Below the pieces are notes generated by a model. That model did no database searches. It was not told the DNA's origin and was given only the letters and a program-made list of their open reading frames with translations. A stretch of 64,000 nt of DNA from Phycisphaerales bacterium (GTDB taxonomy: Bacteria > Planctomycetota > Phycisphaerae > WQYP01): NCBI GenBank assembly GCA_027451365.1, contig DAIDJN010000070.1, forward strand, positions 1-64,000, given 5' to 3'. Below are positions 1-10,434 of the stretch, in pieces. Each line of letters starts with the position of its first letter. Positions within the stretch are counted from its first letter, which is position 1. The position numbers and the translations under genes were made by a program.

Positions 1-140
1 GGCACCGAGCAGTTCTGGAGCCGAGGCGGTGGTGAGGCCATTTTGGCTCTCCGTGCGCTGCGGCTGAGCCAAGATGGCCGCTGGGATAACTTCCTGCTCC
101 ATCGGAAACTTAGACCTGCGGCATAATGTGTCACGCACCC
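1..140 (+). mobile_element. 3' end of an insertion sequence: transposase C-terminus (ISKra4/UPF0236-like) plus probable right terminal repeat
   Basis: Frame +1 from base 1 reads GTEQFWSRGGGEAILALRALRLSQDGRWDNFLLHRKLRPAA* (TAA 124-126). This matches the W..G...L.LR...S...W C-terminal pattern of this transposase family. It is followed at once by TGTGTCACGCACCC (reverse complement GGGTGCGTGACACA). Not in the ORF track. Confidence 0.65.
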
Positions 141-211
141 CCAGACGGTCGGAAATTTCAGTGGCCTTGTGTTTTTCCTCTGATTCGGCTATTTTCAAGG
201 GTTCACATTCC

Positions 212-284
212 GGGGGCATAGCTCAGTTGGGAGAGCGTCTCGATGGCATCGAGAAGGTCAGGGGTTCGAGTCCCCTTGCCTCCA
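212..284 (+). tRNA. tRNA-Ala (anticodon GGC)
   Basis: Acceptor GGGGGCA/TGCCTCC with the G3:U70 alanine identity pair; D arm AGCTCAGTTGGGAGAGC; anticodon loop ATGGCAT; T loop GTTCGAG; discriminator A284; CCA not encoded. Confidence 0.97.
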
Positions 285-295
285 TTGGAATGTAA

Positions 296-327
296 GGTCG
301 GCCGCGAAAAGACGCGCCGGCCTTTTT
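296..327 (+). terminator. Probable intrinsic terminator after tRNA
   Basis: Hairpin GGTCGG-C-CGCG/CGCG-CCGGCC followed by TTTTT. Confidence 0.6.
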
Positions 328-661
328 AGTTTTGCGGGGCCGCCTTTTACCAGCCGCGTCCTGAAATTGTTTGGGGATCGCCCGGATGTTATTCCGGTAT
401 TGATCAGGGTTAGCGGTGGCCGCCAAGCGGCCGACCAGGTCCCACAATGGACACCGGAGGAAGGCAATGGATAACGGCCCGGCGCATTTCTTTCAAATTC
501 TGTCCAAATGTTGATAATTGAACGTACCAGGCGCCGGTCAGTTTGCGTTTTGTGCACCGTACTGCGTGAGCTTCTCTGCCTGGCGGGCTGGGCTTTTTTT
601 GTAAATTGCCGGCGCAAACCATTGGCGGCATTCGGAATCGGGCCGACCACAGGAGATCGCC

Positions 662-1762
662 ATGCCGAAAAAACTTGTGCTACTTGGCGGTGGTCATGCC
701 CATCTCCATGTACTGGCGCATCTTTCCGATTACATTTTCACGGATATTCAGGTCACGCTGATTTCGCCACGGACGTTCTGGTATTCGGGCATGGGGCCGG
801 GAATGCTGGGCGGGTTCTACAGCCGCGCCGACGCAACCGTGGACCTGGGGAAACTGGTATCGCGCGCCGGCGCGGACTTAATTGACGGAATGGCGGAAAG
901 TTTTAACCCGCTTACCGCACAGGTGCGTTTGACTGACGGCCGCACCGTGCATTTTGATGCGCTTTCCCTGAATCTGGGCAGCGGCATAATTCAGGGGGCC
1001 ATCCCCGGACACGAATATGCCACCACAGTCAAACCGGTTTCCAATTTGCACCGCCTGCATGAACAATTGGATATGGTGCGGCCCAAACAGCTTGCGGTGG
1101 TGGTCATTGGCGGCGGTCTGGCGGGTATTGAAACAGCGGCCAATCTGGCTAAGCTGCTGACCAAAATAAAAACCGATTGGACCTGTATTCTGCTGGCCGG
1201 CGGTCGCGGTCTGGCGGCGGGCTTTCCCCGGAGATTCGTACGACAGGCCGAACGGGAACTTATGCGGCTGGGCATAACCGTCATGGCGGAAGTCAGCGCG
1301 ATAGATGTATCTCCCGAAAGTGTTCTGCTGGACAGTGACGAAAGACTTGAATCACAATTAACCATTCTGGCCACCGGTGTGCAGCCGCCTCAAATAGTCG
1401 CTGATTCCGGCGTGACGGTGGATTCAAGCGGGGCGATGGTGGTAACGCCGACACTGCAAAGTGTTTCCCACCCGAATATTTTCGGCGGTGGGGACTGTAT
1501 CACCCTGATGAACCGGAAACTGGCCAAAGCGGGCGTATACGCCGTGCGCCAGGGACCGATCTTGCGGCATAATCTGCGGGCATTTTTTTCGGGCACACCC
1601 ATGCGGCATTTCCGGCCGCAAAAAAAGTTTCTGCTTATCGCGAGTTTAGGCGGTCAACGGGCGCTGGGAAGTTGGGGTGGCTTAACATTTGGCGGGAAAA
1701 AGGCGTTATGGCTGAAGCACTACTTGGATCGCAAATTTATGGAACGGTATCAGGACAGATAA
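662..1762 (+). CDS. FAD-dependent pyridine nucleotide-disulfide oxidoreductase (NDH-2-like; resembles the N-terminal domain of SelD fusions)
   Basis: LVLLGGGHAH and VVIGGGLAGIE dinucleotide-binding motifs; IFGGGD; KAGVYAVRQGP; AGGAG RBS. Confidence 0.85.
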   Translation: MPKKLVLLGGGHAHLHVLAHLSDYIFTDIQVTLISPRTFWYSGMGPGMLGGFYSRADATVDLGKLVSRAGADLIDGMAESFNPLTAQVRLTDGRTVHFDALSLNLGSGIIQGAIPGHEYATTVKPVSNLHRLHEQLDMVRPKQLAVVVIGGGLAGIETAANLAKLLTKIKTDWTCILLAGGRGLAAGFPRRFVRQAERELMRLGITVMAEVSAIDVSPESVLLDSDERLESQLTILATGVQPPQIVADSGVTVDSSGAMVVTPTLQSVSHPNIFGGGDCITLMNRKLAKAGVYAVRQGPILRHNLRAFFSGTPMRHFRPQKKFLLIASLGGQRALGSWGGLTFGGKKALWLKHYLDRKFMERYQDR

Positions 1763-1845
1763 ATGCGGCTTAGCGATGCGGCTTGTGGGAAATCCGCCGA
1801 TACAAATTAATTGATATGCGGTAATTTCAGCGCTTGCAGCATCAA

Positions 1846-1892
1846 ACACAAGGCATAGTTGACAATTCAAATCTGAATACTGTATGTTGTGG
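1846..1892 (+). promoter_or_regulatory. Sigma70-type promoter overlapped by tandem NrdR boxes
   Basis: TTGACA (1859-1864), 18 bp, TATGTT (1883-1888). Boxes ACACAAGGCATAGTTG (1846) and ATACTGTATGTTGTGG (1877) resemble acaCwAtATaTwGtgt and start 31 bp apart. Confidence 0.7.
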
Positions 1893-1895
1893 GTG

Positions 1896-2116
1896 TTGTC
1901 GGTCTACACGGCTTTCGAGGTTGTTCGCAATCTGAAAAAGCGGCGTGTGGCGCAAAAGGGAACCTGGTGAAAATCCGGGACTGCCCCGCAGCGGTAAACG
2001 GGAACGACCGCCGTAAAATGCACTGTTCTGCCATGTCAGAATGGGAAGCAACGGCCAGTAGGAACCGCGTCTGAAACAGGCGCATCAAGCCCGCAAGTCC
2101 GAAGACCTGCCGACAA
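1896..2116 (+). ncRNA. Cobalamin (B12) riboswitch
   Basis: AAAAGGGAACCTGGTGAAAATCCGGGACTGCCCCGCAGCGGTAA core, CACTG...GGGAAG, and B12 box AAGTCCGAAGACCTGCC. Closing stem TTGTCGGT (1896-1903)/GCCGACAA (2109-2116). Lies upstream of B12-independent enzymes. Confidence 0.95.
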
Positions 2117-2325
2117 TCGCCCGCTCCGCGGGCGTCTTAAATTGCCAACACCTTCGCGGGAAGGTACGGGTATGGGTTTGCACGCGCTGTGGCTTTGTGG
2201 CTTCATGTGACATGGCGCGGGTTGAATTCGTTTCCGTCTGCTTTTCCGTGAATATCCGAAACGGCTTATGTGTGCCGGCGTGTATCGGCATATGCCTACT
2301 GGCGCGCGATCAAATGGAGATTTTG

Positions 2326-5133
2326 ATGAATTTAAATTCATGTATGTTAACGGTCCGGAAGCGTGACGGCCGCGAAGTGGATTTTGAAATTGGCCGAATC
2401 GCCAACGCGATTACCGCCGCGTTTTGTGCCCAGCTCGAAATTCCAGCTGGCCGCCCGCTGCCGGAACCGACTGCTGCGGAAATTCAGGCCCTGGTCCTGC
2501 GGGTGCGGGAGCAGGTCTTACACGCCGCGGACGAAAACCAGACCGTGGATGTGGAGTCGATACAAGACATTGTGGAAAATCAATTGATGCACGCCGCGCA
2601 TTTCAATATCGCCCGGCGCTATATCCTTTATCGGCATCAGCGGGCACGGATGCGAGCGCTGCGGCTGGAGGCCGAACAGGGAAAACAGCCCCCCATTCGC
2701 ATCCGACAGGCGGATGGATCACTTGTGCCGCTGGAAGTCAGTTCACTGAAAATGGACATTTTCAGCGCCTGCCGGGGATGCGCAGGTTGTGATCCGGCAT
2801 TGCTTCTGCGGGAAACGCTGATCAGCCTGTACGACGGCATGACCGCCGCGGAACTGGCGGCGGCCGCCGTTCTGGTGGCCCGCAGCCGCATTGAACGTCA
2901 TCCCGCCCATGACCAGGTTGCCGCGCGATTGCTTCTGGCGGGAATTTATGACCAGGCATTCGGTGACGCAGCTGAGCGGCACCGCACCGTCGAAGCCATC
3001 CGCACCGGATTTCACGCCTATGTGCGCATCGGTCAGACGGCGGGCCTGCTGGACCCGGCACTGCTGACATTTGACCTGAACGCGCTGGCCACTGCCCTGA
3101 TGCCGGATCGTGATGACACCCTGACCTATCCCGGGCTTCAAACCCTGTACGACCGGTATCTGCTGAAAATATCCGGACGCCGCATTGAAACGCCCCAGTA
3201 TTTCTGGATGCGCGTGGCGATGGGGCTGGCAATCGGTGAAGGCGCCGAGCGGAACAGCCGGGCAATTGAATTTTACGAAGCACTTTCCACTTTCCGCTTT
3301 ATTTCGGCCACCCCCACGCTGTTCAACAGCGGCACGCGTCATCCACAGCTTAGCTCCTGCTATTTGACCACAGTGGCCGATGATCTGGCGGGAATTTTTA
3401 AAGCCATTGGTGACAATGCCATGCTTTCCAAATGGGCCGGCGGCCTGGGCAACGACTGGACGCGCGTGCGGGCCACCGGAGCGGCGATTCGCGGCACAAA
3501 TGGAGAAAGTCAGGGGGTCGTGCCGTTTCTAAAAATTGTCAGCGATACTGCCGTGGCTGTAAACCAGGGCGGAAAACGCAAAGGTGCGGCGTGCGCCTAT
3601 CTGGAATCCTGGCATCTGGATGTGGAGGACTTTCTGGATTTGCGGAAGAACACCGGCGATGAACGCCGCCGCACCCATGACCTGCACACCGCCAACTGGA
3701 TTCCGGATCTGTTCATGCAGCGCGTGGCGGCGAACGGAAAGTGGACGCTGTTTTCGCCGCACGAAGTGCCGGACCTGCACGACCTTTATGGAAAAGCGTT
3801 TGCCGACCGATACGCGGAATATGAACAGATGGCCCGCGATGGCGCGATCCGTCAATTCCGCACGATTGAAGCACGGGACCTGTGGCGGAAGATGCTGTCC
3901 ATGGTATTTGAGACCGGCCATCCGTGGATGACGTTCAAGGACCCCTCAAATATCCGCTCTGCCCAGGATCATGCCGGGGTCGTGCACAGTTCCAACCTGT
4001 GCACGGAAATTCTGCTCAATACCAGTGAAACGGAAACGGCCGTCTGCAATTTGGGGTCGCTGAATCTGGCGGCCCACGTAACCGAATCGGGCGTGGATGA
4101 GCCGGCGCTGGCCCGCACCATCGCAACCGCGGTACGCATGCTGGACAACGTGATTGATATTAATTTTTATCCCACACCTGAAGCCCGCGATGCAAATCTG
4201 CGGCATCGACCGGTCGGCCTGGGGATCATGGGTTTTCAGGACGCGCTGTTTGCCCGGCGCATCGCCTATGACAGCAATGAAGCGGTCGATTTTGCTGATA
4301 AAAATATGGAATTCATCAGTTACCACGCCATTCTGGCCAGCAGCAGGCTCGCACAGGAACGCGGTGCATACGCATCGTATCGCGGGTCCAAATGGGACCG
4401 CGGACTTCTGCCGCTGGACACACTGGAACTGCTGGAAAGCCAACGCGGAGAAAGCATAGACGTGGACCGCACCAGTACCATGGACTGGGATCCGGTGCGC
4501 CGCCATGTGACCACCCACGGAATGCGCAACAGCAACGTGATGGCCATTGCGCCCACTGCCACCATTTCCAATATTGCCGGAGTCGCGCAATCCATCGAAC
4601 CGGCCTATCGCAATCTGTTCGCCAAATCCAACCTGTCCGGTGATTTCGCGTGGATTAACCGGAGACTGGTGGCGGACCTTGAGGCGCTTGGTCTATGGGA
4701 TGACCGCATGATTGACGATCTGAAACATTTCGACGGATCTGTGCAATCCATTGACCGCATTCCCGAGTCGCTGCGACGCCTCTACCGGACGGCCTTTGAA
4801 ATTGAGCCACGATGGATTATTGAAGCCGCCGCCCGCCGCCAGAAATGGATTGACATGGGCCAGTCGCTGAATCTGTATCTGGACCAGCCCAGCGGTCGGC
4901 GACTGGAAGAAATGTATTTTCTGGCGTGGCGCAAGGGACTCAAAACCACTTATTACCTGCGTTCGCAGGCCGCCACGCAGGTGGAAAAATCAAGCGTGGA
5001 CATCAACGCCCACGGCATTCAGCCGCGCTGGATGAAACATGCGTCAGCATCTGCCGAAGTTGTCATCGATCGGTCGGCTGAAGCACCGGCCTCCTGCGGG
5101 CTGAACAACCCATCGTGCGAAGCGTGTCAGTAA
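2326..5133 (+). CDS. nrdA: Class I ribonucleotide reductase alpha subunit with N-terminal ATP cone(s)
   Basis: VRKRDG ATP cone, [40 protein letters not shown]-terminal CEACQ. Start moved to ATG 2326 after GGAGA. Confidence 0.96.
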   Translation: MNLNSCMLTVRKRDGREVDFEIGRIANAITAAFCAQLEIPAGRPLPEPTAAEIQALVLRVREQVLHAADENQTVDVESIQDIVENQLMHAAHFNIARRYILYRHQRARMRALRLEAEQGKQPPIRIRQADGSLVPLEVSSLKMDIFSACRGCAGCDPALLLRETLISLYDGMTAAELAAAAVLVARSRIERHPAHDQVAARLLLAGIYDQAFGDAAERHRTVEAIRTGFHAYVRIGQTAGLLDPALLTFDLNALATALMPDRDDTLTYPGLQTLYDRYLLKISGRRIETPQYFWMRVAMGLAIGEGAERNSRAIEFYEALSTFRFISATPTLFNSGTRHPQLSSCYLTTVADDLAGIFKAIGDNAMLSKWAGGLGNDWTRVRATGAAIRGTNGESQGVVPFLKIVSDTAVAVNQGGKRKGAACAYLESWHLDVEDFLDLRKNTGDERRRTHDLHTANWIPDLFMQRVAANGKWTLFSPHEVPDLHDLYGKAFADRYAEYEQMARDGAIRQFRTIEARDLWRKMLSMVFETGHPWMTFKDPSNIRSAQDHAGVVHSSNLCTEILLNTSETETAVCNLGSLNLAAHVTESGVDEPALARTIATAVRMLDNVIDINFYPTPEARDANLRHRPVGLGIMGFQDALFARRIAYDSNEAVDFADKNMEFISYHAILASSRLAQERGAYASYRGSKWDRGLLPLDTLELLESQRGESIDVDRTSTMDWDPVRRHVTTHGMRNSNVMAIAPTATISNIAGVAQSIEPAYRNLFAKSNLSGDFAWINRRLVADLEALGLWDDRMIDDLKHFDGSVQSIDRIPESLRRLYRTAFEIEPRWIIEAAARRQKWIDMGQSLNLYLDQPSGRRLEEMYFLAWRKGLKTTYYLRSQAATQVEKSSVDINAHGIQPRWMKHASASAEVVIDRSAEAPASCGLNNPSCEACQ

Positions 5134-5168
5134 ATCCCCAATTCTGTTTTTCATCAGGAGTATGAATC

Positions 5169-6224
5169 ATGTCATGTTGCAACAGCACCCCGGGCAAATC
5201 CTTTGATCTGTCACGCCGCCCGGATGTGGCGGACAAACGGCTCCTTAATTGCGCCGCGGTGGATGTGAATCAGGTCTGGCCCCTGAAATATGAATGGGCA
5301 TGGGAACATTACCTCAATGGATGCGCGAACAACTGGATGCCCACCGAAGTGGGTATGCAGGCGGATATTGACCTGTGGAAATCTGATCGGCTGACCGAAC
5401 CGGAGCGACGCGTCATTCTGCGAAATCTCGGCTTCTTCAGCACCGGTGAAAGTCTGGTGGGAAACAATATTGTCCTGGCCATTTTCCGGCATATCACCAA
5501 TGCCGAAGCACGGCAGTATCTGTTGCGGCAGGCGTTTGAGGAAGCCGTGCACACCCATACCTTCCATTACATTTGTGAATCGCTGGGGCTGGACGGCCGC
5601 GCGGTCTTCAACATGTACCACGAAGTGGCATCGATCGCGGGTAAAGATGAATTTGTCATGTCCCTGACACGGGACATTCTTCAGCCGGATTTTTCCACCG
5701 CCGACAATGCGGGAATCCGACGATTCATCCGCAATCTGGTCGGATTTTACATTATTATGGAGGGGATATTTTTCTACAGCGGATTTGTGATGATCCTGTC
5801 GTTTCACCGGCAGAACCGGATGACCGGTGTGGGGCAGCAGTTCCAGTACATTCTGCGGGATGAAACGATTCATCTGAATTTCGGTATTGACCTGATCAAC
5901 ACCATTCGGCAGGAAAATCCGACTGCCTGGGACACCGACCTGCAGGAAGAAATCGGCCGGATGGTGGCCCAGGCGGTGGAATATGAAATCCGCTATGCGC
6001 AGGACTGCCTGCCCGGCGGTGTGCTTGGCCTGAATGCGGGCCTGTTCAAGGAATACGTCCAGTTTGTGGCAGACCGGCGGCTGGAACGCATTGGTCTGGC
6101 CCGCCGCTATGGCAGCCACAATCCGTTCACCTGGATGAGTGAAACAATGGACCTGGCCAAAGAGAAGAATTTTTTTGAAACACGGGTAACGGAATATCAG
6201 AACGCCGGCTCTTTAAGCTGGTGA
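5169..6224 (+). CDS. nrdB: Ribonucleotide reductase beta subunit, class Ic (R2c, Mn/Fe) signature
   Basis: [12 protein letters not shown] (Glu ligand), EEAVHTHTF (Phe at the radical-Tyr position), [26 protein letters not shown]. Confidence 0.95.
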   Translation: MSCCNSTPGKSFDLSRRPDVADKRLLNCAAVDVNQVWPLKYEWAWEHYLNGCANNWMPTEVGMQADIDLWKSDRLTEPERRVILRNLGFFSTGESLVGNNIVLAIFRHITNAEARQYLLRQAFEEAVHTHTFHYICESLGLDGRAVFNMYHEVASIAGKDEFVMSLTRDILQPDFSTADNAGIRRFIRNLVGFYIIMEGIFFYSGFVMILSFHRQNRMTGVGQQFQYILRDETIHLNFGIDLINTIRQENPTAWDTDLQEEIGRMVAQAVEYEIRYAQDCLPGGVLGLNAGLFKEYVQFVADRRLERIGLARRYGSHNPFTWMSETMDLAKEKNFFETRVTEYQNAGSLSW

Positions 6225-6287
6225 CTTCCGAACCGGTACGGCCAGCAATTTATATATATGTAAGTATTTATTAATGGAGATAATACG

Positions 6288-8582
6288 ATGGTATTGGCAA
6301 CCAACCTTGGTTTTCCGCGCATTGGCGGACAGCGCGAATTAAAAAAACATTTGGAGGCGTTCTGGTCCGGACAGATCAATGACAGCCGGATGCTGGAGGA
6401 AATGGAAAAAATCCGCCGCGGCAACTGGCTGCTGCAACTGCAGGCCGGTATTGATCAGATACCTTCCGGCGATTTTTCGCCCTACGACCATGTGCTGGAT
6501 ACAGCCGTCATGGCCGGGGCTATCCCTCCCCGATTCGCCACACCATCCGGCACCGTTGACCTGACCACATATTTCGCCATGGCCCGCGGCGGTCCGGAGG
6601 TCCCGGCGCTGGAGATGACCAAATGGTTTGACACCAATTATCACTATCTTGTGCCGGAACTTCAGGAAGACCAGATTTTTGCGCTTTGCACAATCAAGCC
6701 GGTTCGGGAATTTCTGGAGGCACGGGAACTGGGTATTCTGACCCGACCGGTTCTACTGGGCCCCGTATCTTTCCTGCTGCTGTCCAAGGCGGCAAATTCC
6801 ACATTTCATCCGCTTGATTTACTCGAACGCCTGCTTCCGGTGTACGGACAGGTCCTCATGAAATTGCGGGATGCCGGGGCTCAATGGATTCAGATGGATG
6901 AACCGTGCCTTGCCACGGAACAAAGTGCCGCGGCGCATCAGGCTTTCCAACGAGCCTATCAGACCTTGAGCCTTGCCGCACCGGGCCTAAAGCTGATGCT
7001 GACCAGCTATTTCGGCCCGTTGGCCGACAACCTGGATTGCGCTGTGAATTTGCCGGTCGCCGGGCTGCATCTGGATATGACCCGTGCGGCACATGAGCTT
7101 CCCGAACTGATAAGCAAAATCGGACCAGCAAAGGTTTTGTCTCTTGGACTGATTGACGGTCGGAATATTTGGCGGGCGGATCTAGCGGCAAAAGTTGAAC
7201 CGCTGACCCTGGCTGTGCGGGCGTTGGGGACGCAAAGGGTGATGGTGGGACCTTCCTGTTCGCTTAAGCATGTTCCCGTGGACCTGTATATGGAACCTCG
7301 GGCCGCCGATGAGCCATTCACGTGGATGGCATTTGCCCACCAGAAGCTGCATGAAATTGTGGCGCTTAAAAACGCTGTGGACAGCCCAAAAGCCGCAACG
7401 GCGGTATTTGCCACGGCCAGCGCTGCCCTGGCTGCCCGCAATATGGCTGGCGGCGTGGTCAATCCGGCGGTGCGCCAACGCGCTGCAGCGGTCACGCCCG
7501 CGATGATGGAACGTCACAGCCGATTCAGCGTCCGGAAAGTTGCCCAGCAGGAGAATCTGAATCTTCCCCTTTGGCCCACCACCACTATTGGATCGTTTCC
7601 CCAGACGCAAGAAGTGCGCCGCGCCCGTATGGCATGGCGGGCCGGAACCATGCCCCTGGAAGACTACCACGCCTTTCATCAAAAGCAGATTCAGGACGCG
7701 GTGGAAATTCAGGAGGCCATCGGTCTGGATGTTCTGGTACATGGTGAAAGCGAACGCACCGATATGGTGGAATTTTTTGGCGAACAGTTGGCCGGCTTCC
7801 TTACGACCGCCAACGGCTGGGTGCAAAGTTACGGGTCCCGCTGCGTTAAACCGCCGGTGATATTTGGCGACGTTCAGCGTCCGGCGGCCATGACGGTGGA
7901 TATTTCCGCCTATGCCCAGTCGCTGACAACCCGGCCAATGAAAGGCATGTTGACCGGCCCGGTAACAATTATGCAATGGTCATTTGTGCGCGATGACCTG
8001 CCGCGACGCGAGGTATGCCGGCAAATTGCCCTGGCCATACGCGATGAAGTGATGGATCTGGAAAAAGCCGGCATCCGGATTATTCAGGTGGACGAACCGG
8101 CGCTCCGCGAAGGATTGCCGCTGGCGGCAGATCAGCGGAAAGAGTACCTGAATTGGGCGACGGAATGTTTCCGCCTGGCAGTTTGCGGGGTGGCGGACAG
8201 CACCCAGATTCACACACACATGTGCTACTGCGATTTTAACGACATTATGCCAGCCATTGCGGCGCTGGACGCGGACGTGATTTCGATTGAAGCGGCGCGC
8301 AGCGGTATGGCGCTGCTGGCGGCGTTTAGGGAATTTCGCTATCCGAATGATGTCGGGCCGGGCGTCTATGACATTCACAGCCCGGAAATTCCAACTGTTG
8401 ACGCCATGGCCGCCCTTCTGCAAATGGCCGCGCGGGTTGTGCCGGCGGACCAGCTTTGGGTAAATCCGGATTGCGGCTTGAAAACGCGACAGTGGGACCA
8501 GGTGATACCCGCCCTGACCAGAATGGTAAAGGCCGCGGTCATGCTGCGCCAGAAAAACAATGCTGACTCACAACTTGTATGA
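6288..8582 (+). CDS. metE: Cobalamin-independent methionine synthase
   Basis: LGFPRIG, EMTKWFDTNYHY, TTTIGSFPQT, HTHMCY and NPDCGLKTR Zn-binding motifs. Confidence 0.98.
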   Translation: MVLATNLGFPRIGGQRELKKHLEAFWSGQINDSRMLEEMEKIRRGNWLLQLQAGIDQIPSGDFSPYDHVLDTAVMAGAIPPRFATPSGTVDLTTYFAMARGGPEVPALEMTKWFDTNYHYLVPELQEDQIFALCTIKPVREFLEARELGILTRPVLLGPVSFLLLSKAANSTFHPLDLLERLLPVYGQVLMKLRDAGAQWIQMDEPCLATEQSAAAHQAFQRAYQTLSLAAPGLKLMLTSYFGPLADNLDCAVNLPVAGLHLDMTRAAHELPELISKIGPAKVLSLGLIDGRNIWRADLAAKVEPLTLAVRALGTQRVMVGPSCSLKHVPVDLYMEPRAADEPFTWMAFAHQKLHEIVALKNAVDSPKAATAVFATASAALAARNMAGGVVNPAVRQRAAAVTPAMMERHSRFSVRKVAQQENLNLPLWPTTTIGSFPQTQEVRRARMAWRAGTMPLEDYHAFHQKQIQDAVEIQEAIGLDVLVHGESERTDMVEFFGEQLAGFLTTANGWVQSYGSRCVKPPVIFGDVQRPAAMTVDISAYAQSLTTRPMKGMLTGPVTIMQWSFVRDDLPRREVCRQIALAIRDEVMDLEKAGIRIIQVDEPALREGLPLAADQRKEYLNWATECFRLAVCGVADSTQIHTHMCYCDFNDIMPAIAALDADVISIEAARSGMALLAAFREFRYPNDVGPGVYDIHSPEIPTVDAMAALLQMAARVVPADQLWVNPDCGLKTRQWDQVIPALTRMVKAAVMLRQKNNADSQLV

Positions 8583-8605
8583 ACGGTTACCGGGTGACGG
8601 CAGGC

Positions 8606-10099
8606 TTAATTCGCCGGTACAAACTGCAGCGGCTGCTGCACTGTTCCGCTTACCCAAATGCCTGTGCGCCCGGCCGTGCGGATGGTTTCATTGCCGGGCC
8701 AGACCCGAATAGCCGCAGTTCCCGGCGGTACTGTGACACGGTACAGAACAGTACCATCGGAAGTGATGCGTCCAGCCACCAGCAGCGGGCTGTTCCAGGA
8801 AACGCCCACCGTTGCCGATGGTGCGATTGGGGCACCCGGTGTCGGGCCAAGCCTCTGATTCAGAACCGCCAGGCAGCCGTTAAGCAGGGTATCATCCGGC
8901 GGCGTGGCCATGGGTTTAAGATTCGGGTCCCAGGCGCGCGGATTCCAGAAAAGAAATTGATTTACGCCGCGCAGCGCAAGCTGGTCAATCAATTCCTTGT
9001 AATAACCGGGTGCCGATGCAAAGCTCGCGTAACCGGGATAGCCAACCCAGGGAACAATTGGGATACTGCTGGTTTGCTGGATAGCCTGAAGATAAATCAT
9101 CTCATATCGCAAAATAGCATAGGGCGTTGCGCCGCAAGCATGGCCGCCGACGTTCATTCCGGCCAACAGGCCAATATCGCCGTAAAAAGCGGGGCTTTGC
9201 GCATTACCAAACACCTGATCACTGGGCTGAAAATGGCCATTGATATCCGGTGCCACATGGTCGCCCAGCATGGCCAGGCCGTCATAATTGCTCGCGGAAA
9301 TACCGGGAAACGCATCTGCCGCAGGCAGGAAATATGCCTGATTAAGCGCGGTGGCCACCTGGGAACCGACCCATTGGTTCCACGCCCGGCGGGCCGTCCC
9401 GGGCTTAAAAATCCGCGCGATATCTGAAAATCCAAGTTGCGCTGTGATTTGCGGGAAGCGAGGGTCATGACTGATGGCGTCAGCGTTTTGCCGGGAAATT
9501 TGCCAGCAGGAAAGTCCCGCCTCGTAATCCATCACCAGATAATTCAGCCGGCCGCCCGCTGCGCGATACCCCTGAAAAAACGATCGCAGCCGCTGGGCTA
9601 TCTGGCCGGCACCAGCCGAAAGCCATGGACTGGGAAAGGCCGTCGCGCCCGTGGCGGTGCGGCAGGCGTTGGCCGGATTGGTCAGCAGCGATCCGCCCGC
9701 GTTCCAGAGAAACAGCGCAACTTTCCCGGGCGGCAGTTGGGCGGTTCTAGCGGCTATGGCGGCCGGATTGCCATAGTCTCGGCGGTGTACCCAGACCATC
9801 GGATATAAAAATTCGTCTCCACTTTCCGGAGCGGTCCAACACCATGCCCAGATTGCCGGACCGGTGGTTTGCGGGGATGATACGCCAACCTGCTGAGTCG
9901 GTGCGGCGGCCGGCATCGGCTTGTTTATCAGCCACATTGGATAAGCGGGTAGAAAACTGGTGTTATCCACGGCGGGTCGCGGAGCAGAATTGGTCGGCAG
10001 AATCAAATAGCCACAGCCGCCAAGATATGCCAAGGCGAGCCAGCCGCCAGCCAGAGCGGCGACCCATCGAAGATTTAATTTTCCAAGTGGATCTGCCAT
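8606..10099 (-). CDS. Exported/lipoprotein of unknown function, possible TIM-barrel glycosidase fold
   Basis: Long ORF, start inferred at MADPLGK. Hydrophobic stretch ends in LGGC (lipobox-like); LNYLVMDYE, VPWVG and FLFWNP strand-like motifs; Trp/Tyr rich. Confidence 0.6.
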   Translation of the reverse strand: MADPLGKLNLRWVAALAGGWLALAYLGGCGYLILPTNSAPRPAVDNTSFLPAYPMWLINKPMPAAAPTQQVGVSSPQTTGPAIWAWCWTAPESGDEFLYPMVWVHRRDYGNPAAIAARTAQLPPGKVALFLWNAGGSLLTNPANACRTATGATAFPSPWLSAGAGQIAQRLRSFFQGYRAAGGRLNYLVMDYEAGLSCWQISRQNADAISHDPRFPQITAQLGFSDIARIFKPGTARRAWNQWVGSQVATALNQAYFLPAADAFPGISASNYDGLAMLGDHVAPDINGHFQPSDQVFGNAQSPAFYGDIGLLAGMNVGGHACGATPYAILRYEMIYLQAIQQTSSIPIVPWVGYPGYASFASAPGYYKELIDQLALRGVNQFLFWNPRAWDPNLKPMATPPDDTLLNGCLAVLNQRLGPTPGAPIAPSATVGVSWNSPLLVAGRITSDGTVLYRVTVPPGTAAIRVWPGNETIRTAGRTGIWVSGTVQQPLQFVPAN

Positions 10100-10434
10100 A
10101 ACAAAACCATCCGCGACAGGTACCATTCTGGCCGCACAGCCGATGAATTCAAGACGGCCTGTGGGCGTCTTATCCGGATTATAGTCTCGGTTACCGCCCG
10201 TGTGGCAATTGAGGTGTATGATGGAATATGCCCGCCCCCCATAGACAGTTTTCCAGCTCGGCAATTCGAGGTAAATGACAGCGGACTTGGCGAGCGGACA
10301 GCTTGCCGGTACGATTAGCCACCTATCACAAGCCTTCGTCCCGAAGATGGCCGCACAGCTGAATATATCGAAACTGCAAGCGGCTTTGCCGGATGTAACC
10401 GGCTGGTAAGGCGGAAATAAAAAGAGGAGTCGGC

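Noticed and set aside
212..284. tRNA as integration site of an island in this window
   Set aside because: I saw no duplicated tRNA 3' end and no integrase in the window.
662..1762. Selenophosphate synthetase (selD) or selenoprotein
   Set aside because: Only the oxidoreductase domain is present; the ORF ends in TAA with no SelD domain after it.
2197..2325. N-terminal extension of NrdA in the ORF track; possible intein
   Set aside because: The extension lies in the riboswitch leader and lacks an RBS. NrdA motifs are collinear, with no intein-like insertion.
8579..9427. 282-aa plus-strand ORF after metE
   Set aside because: Antisense to the better-supported minus-strand exported protein; no recognisable features.
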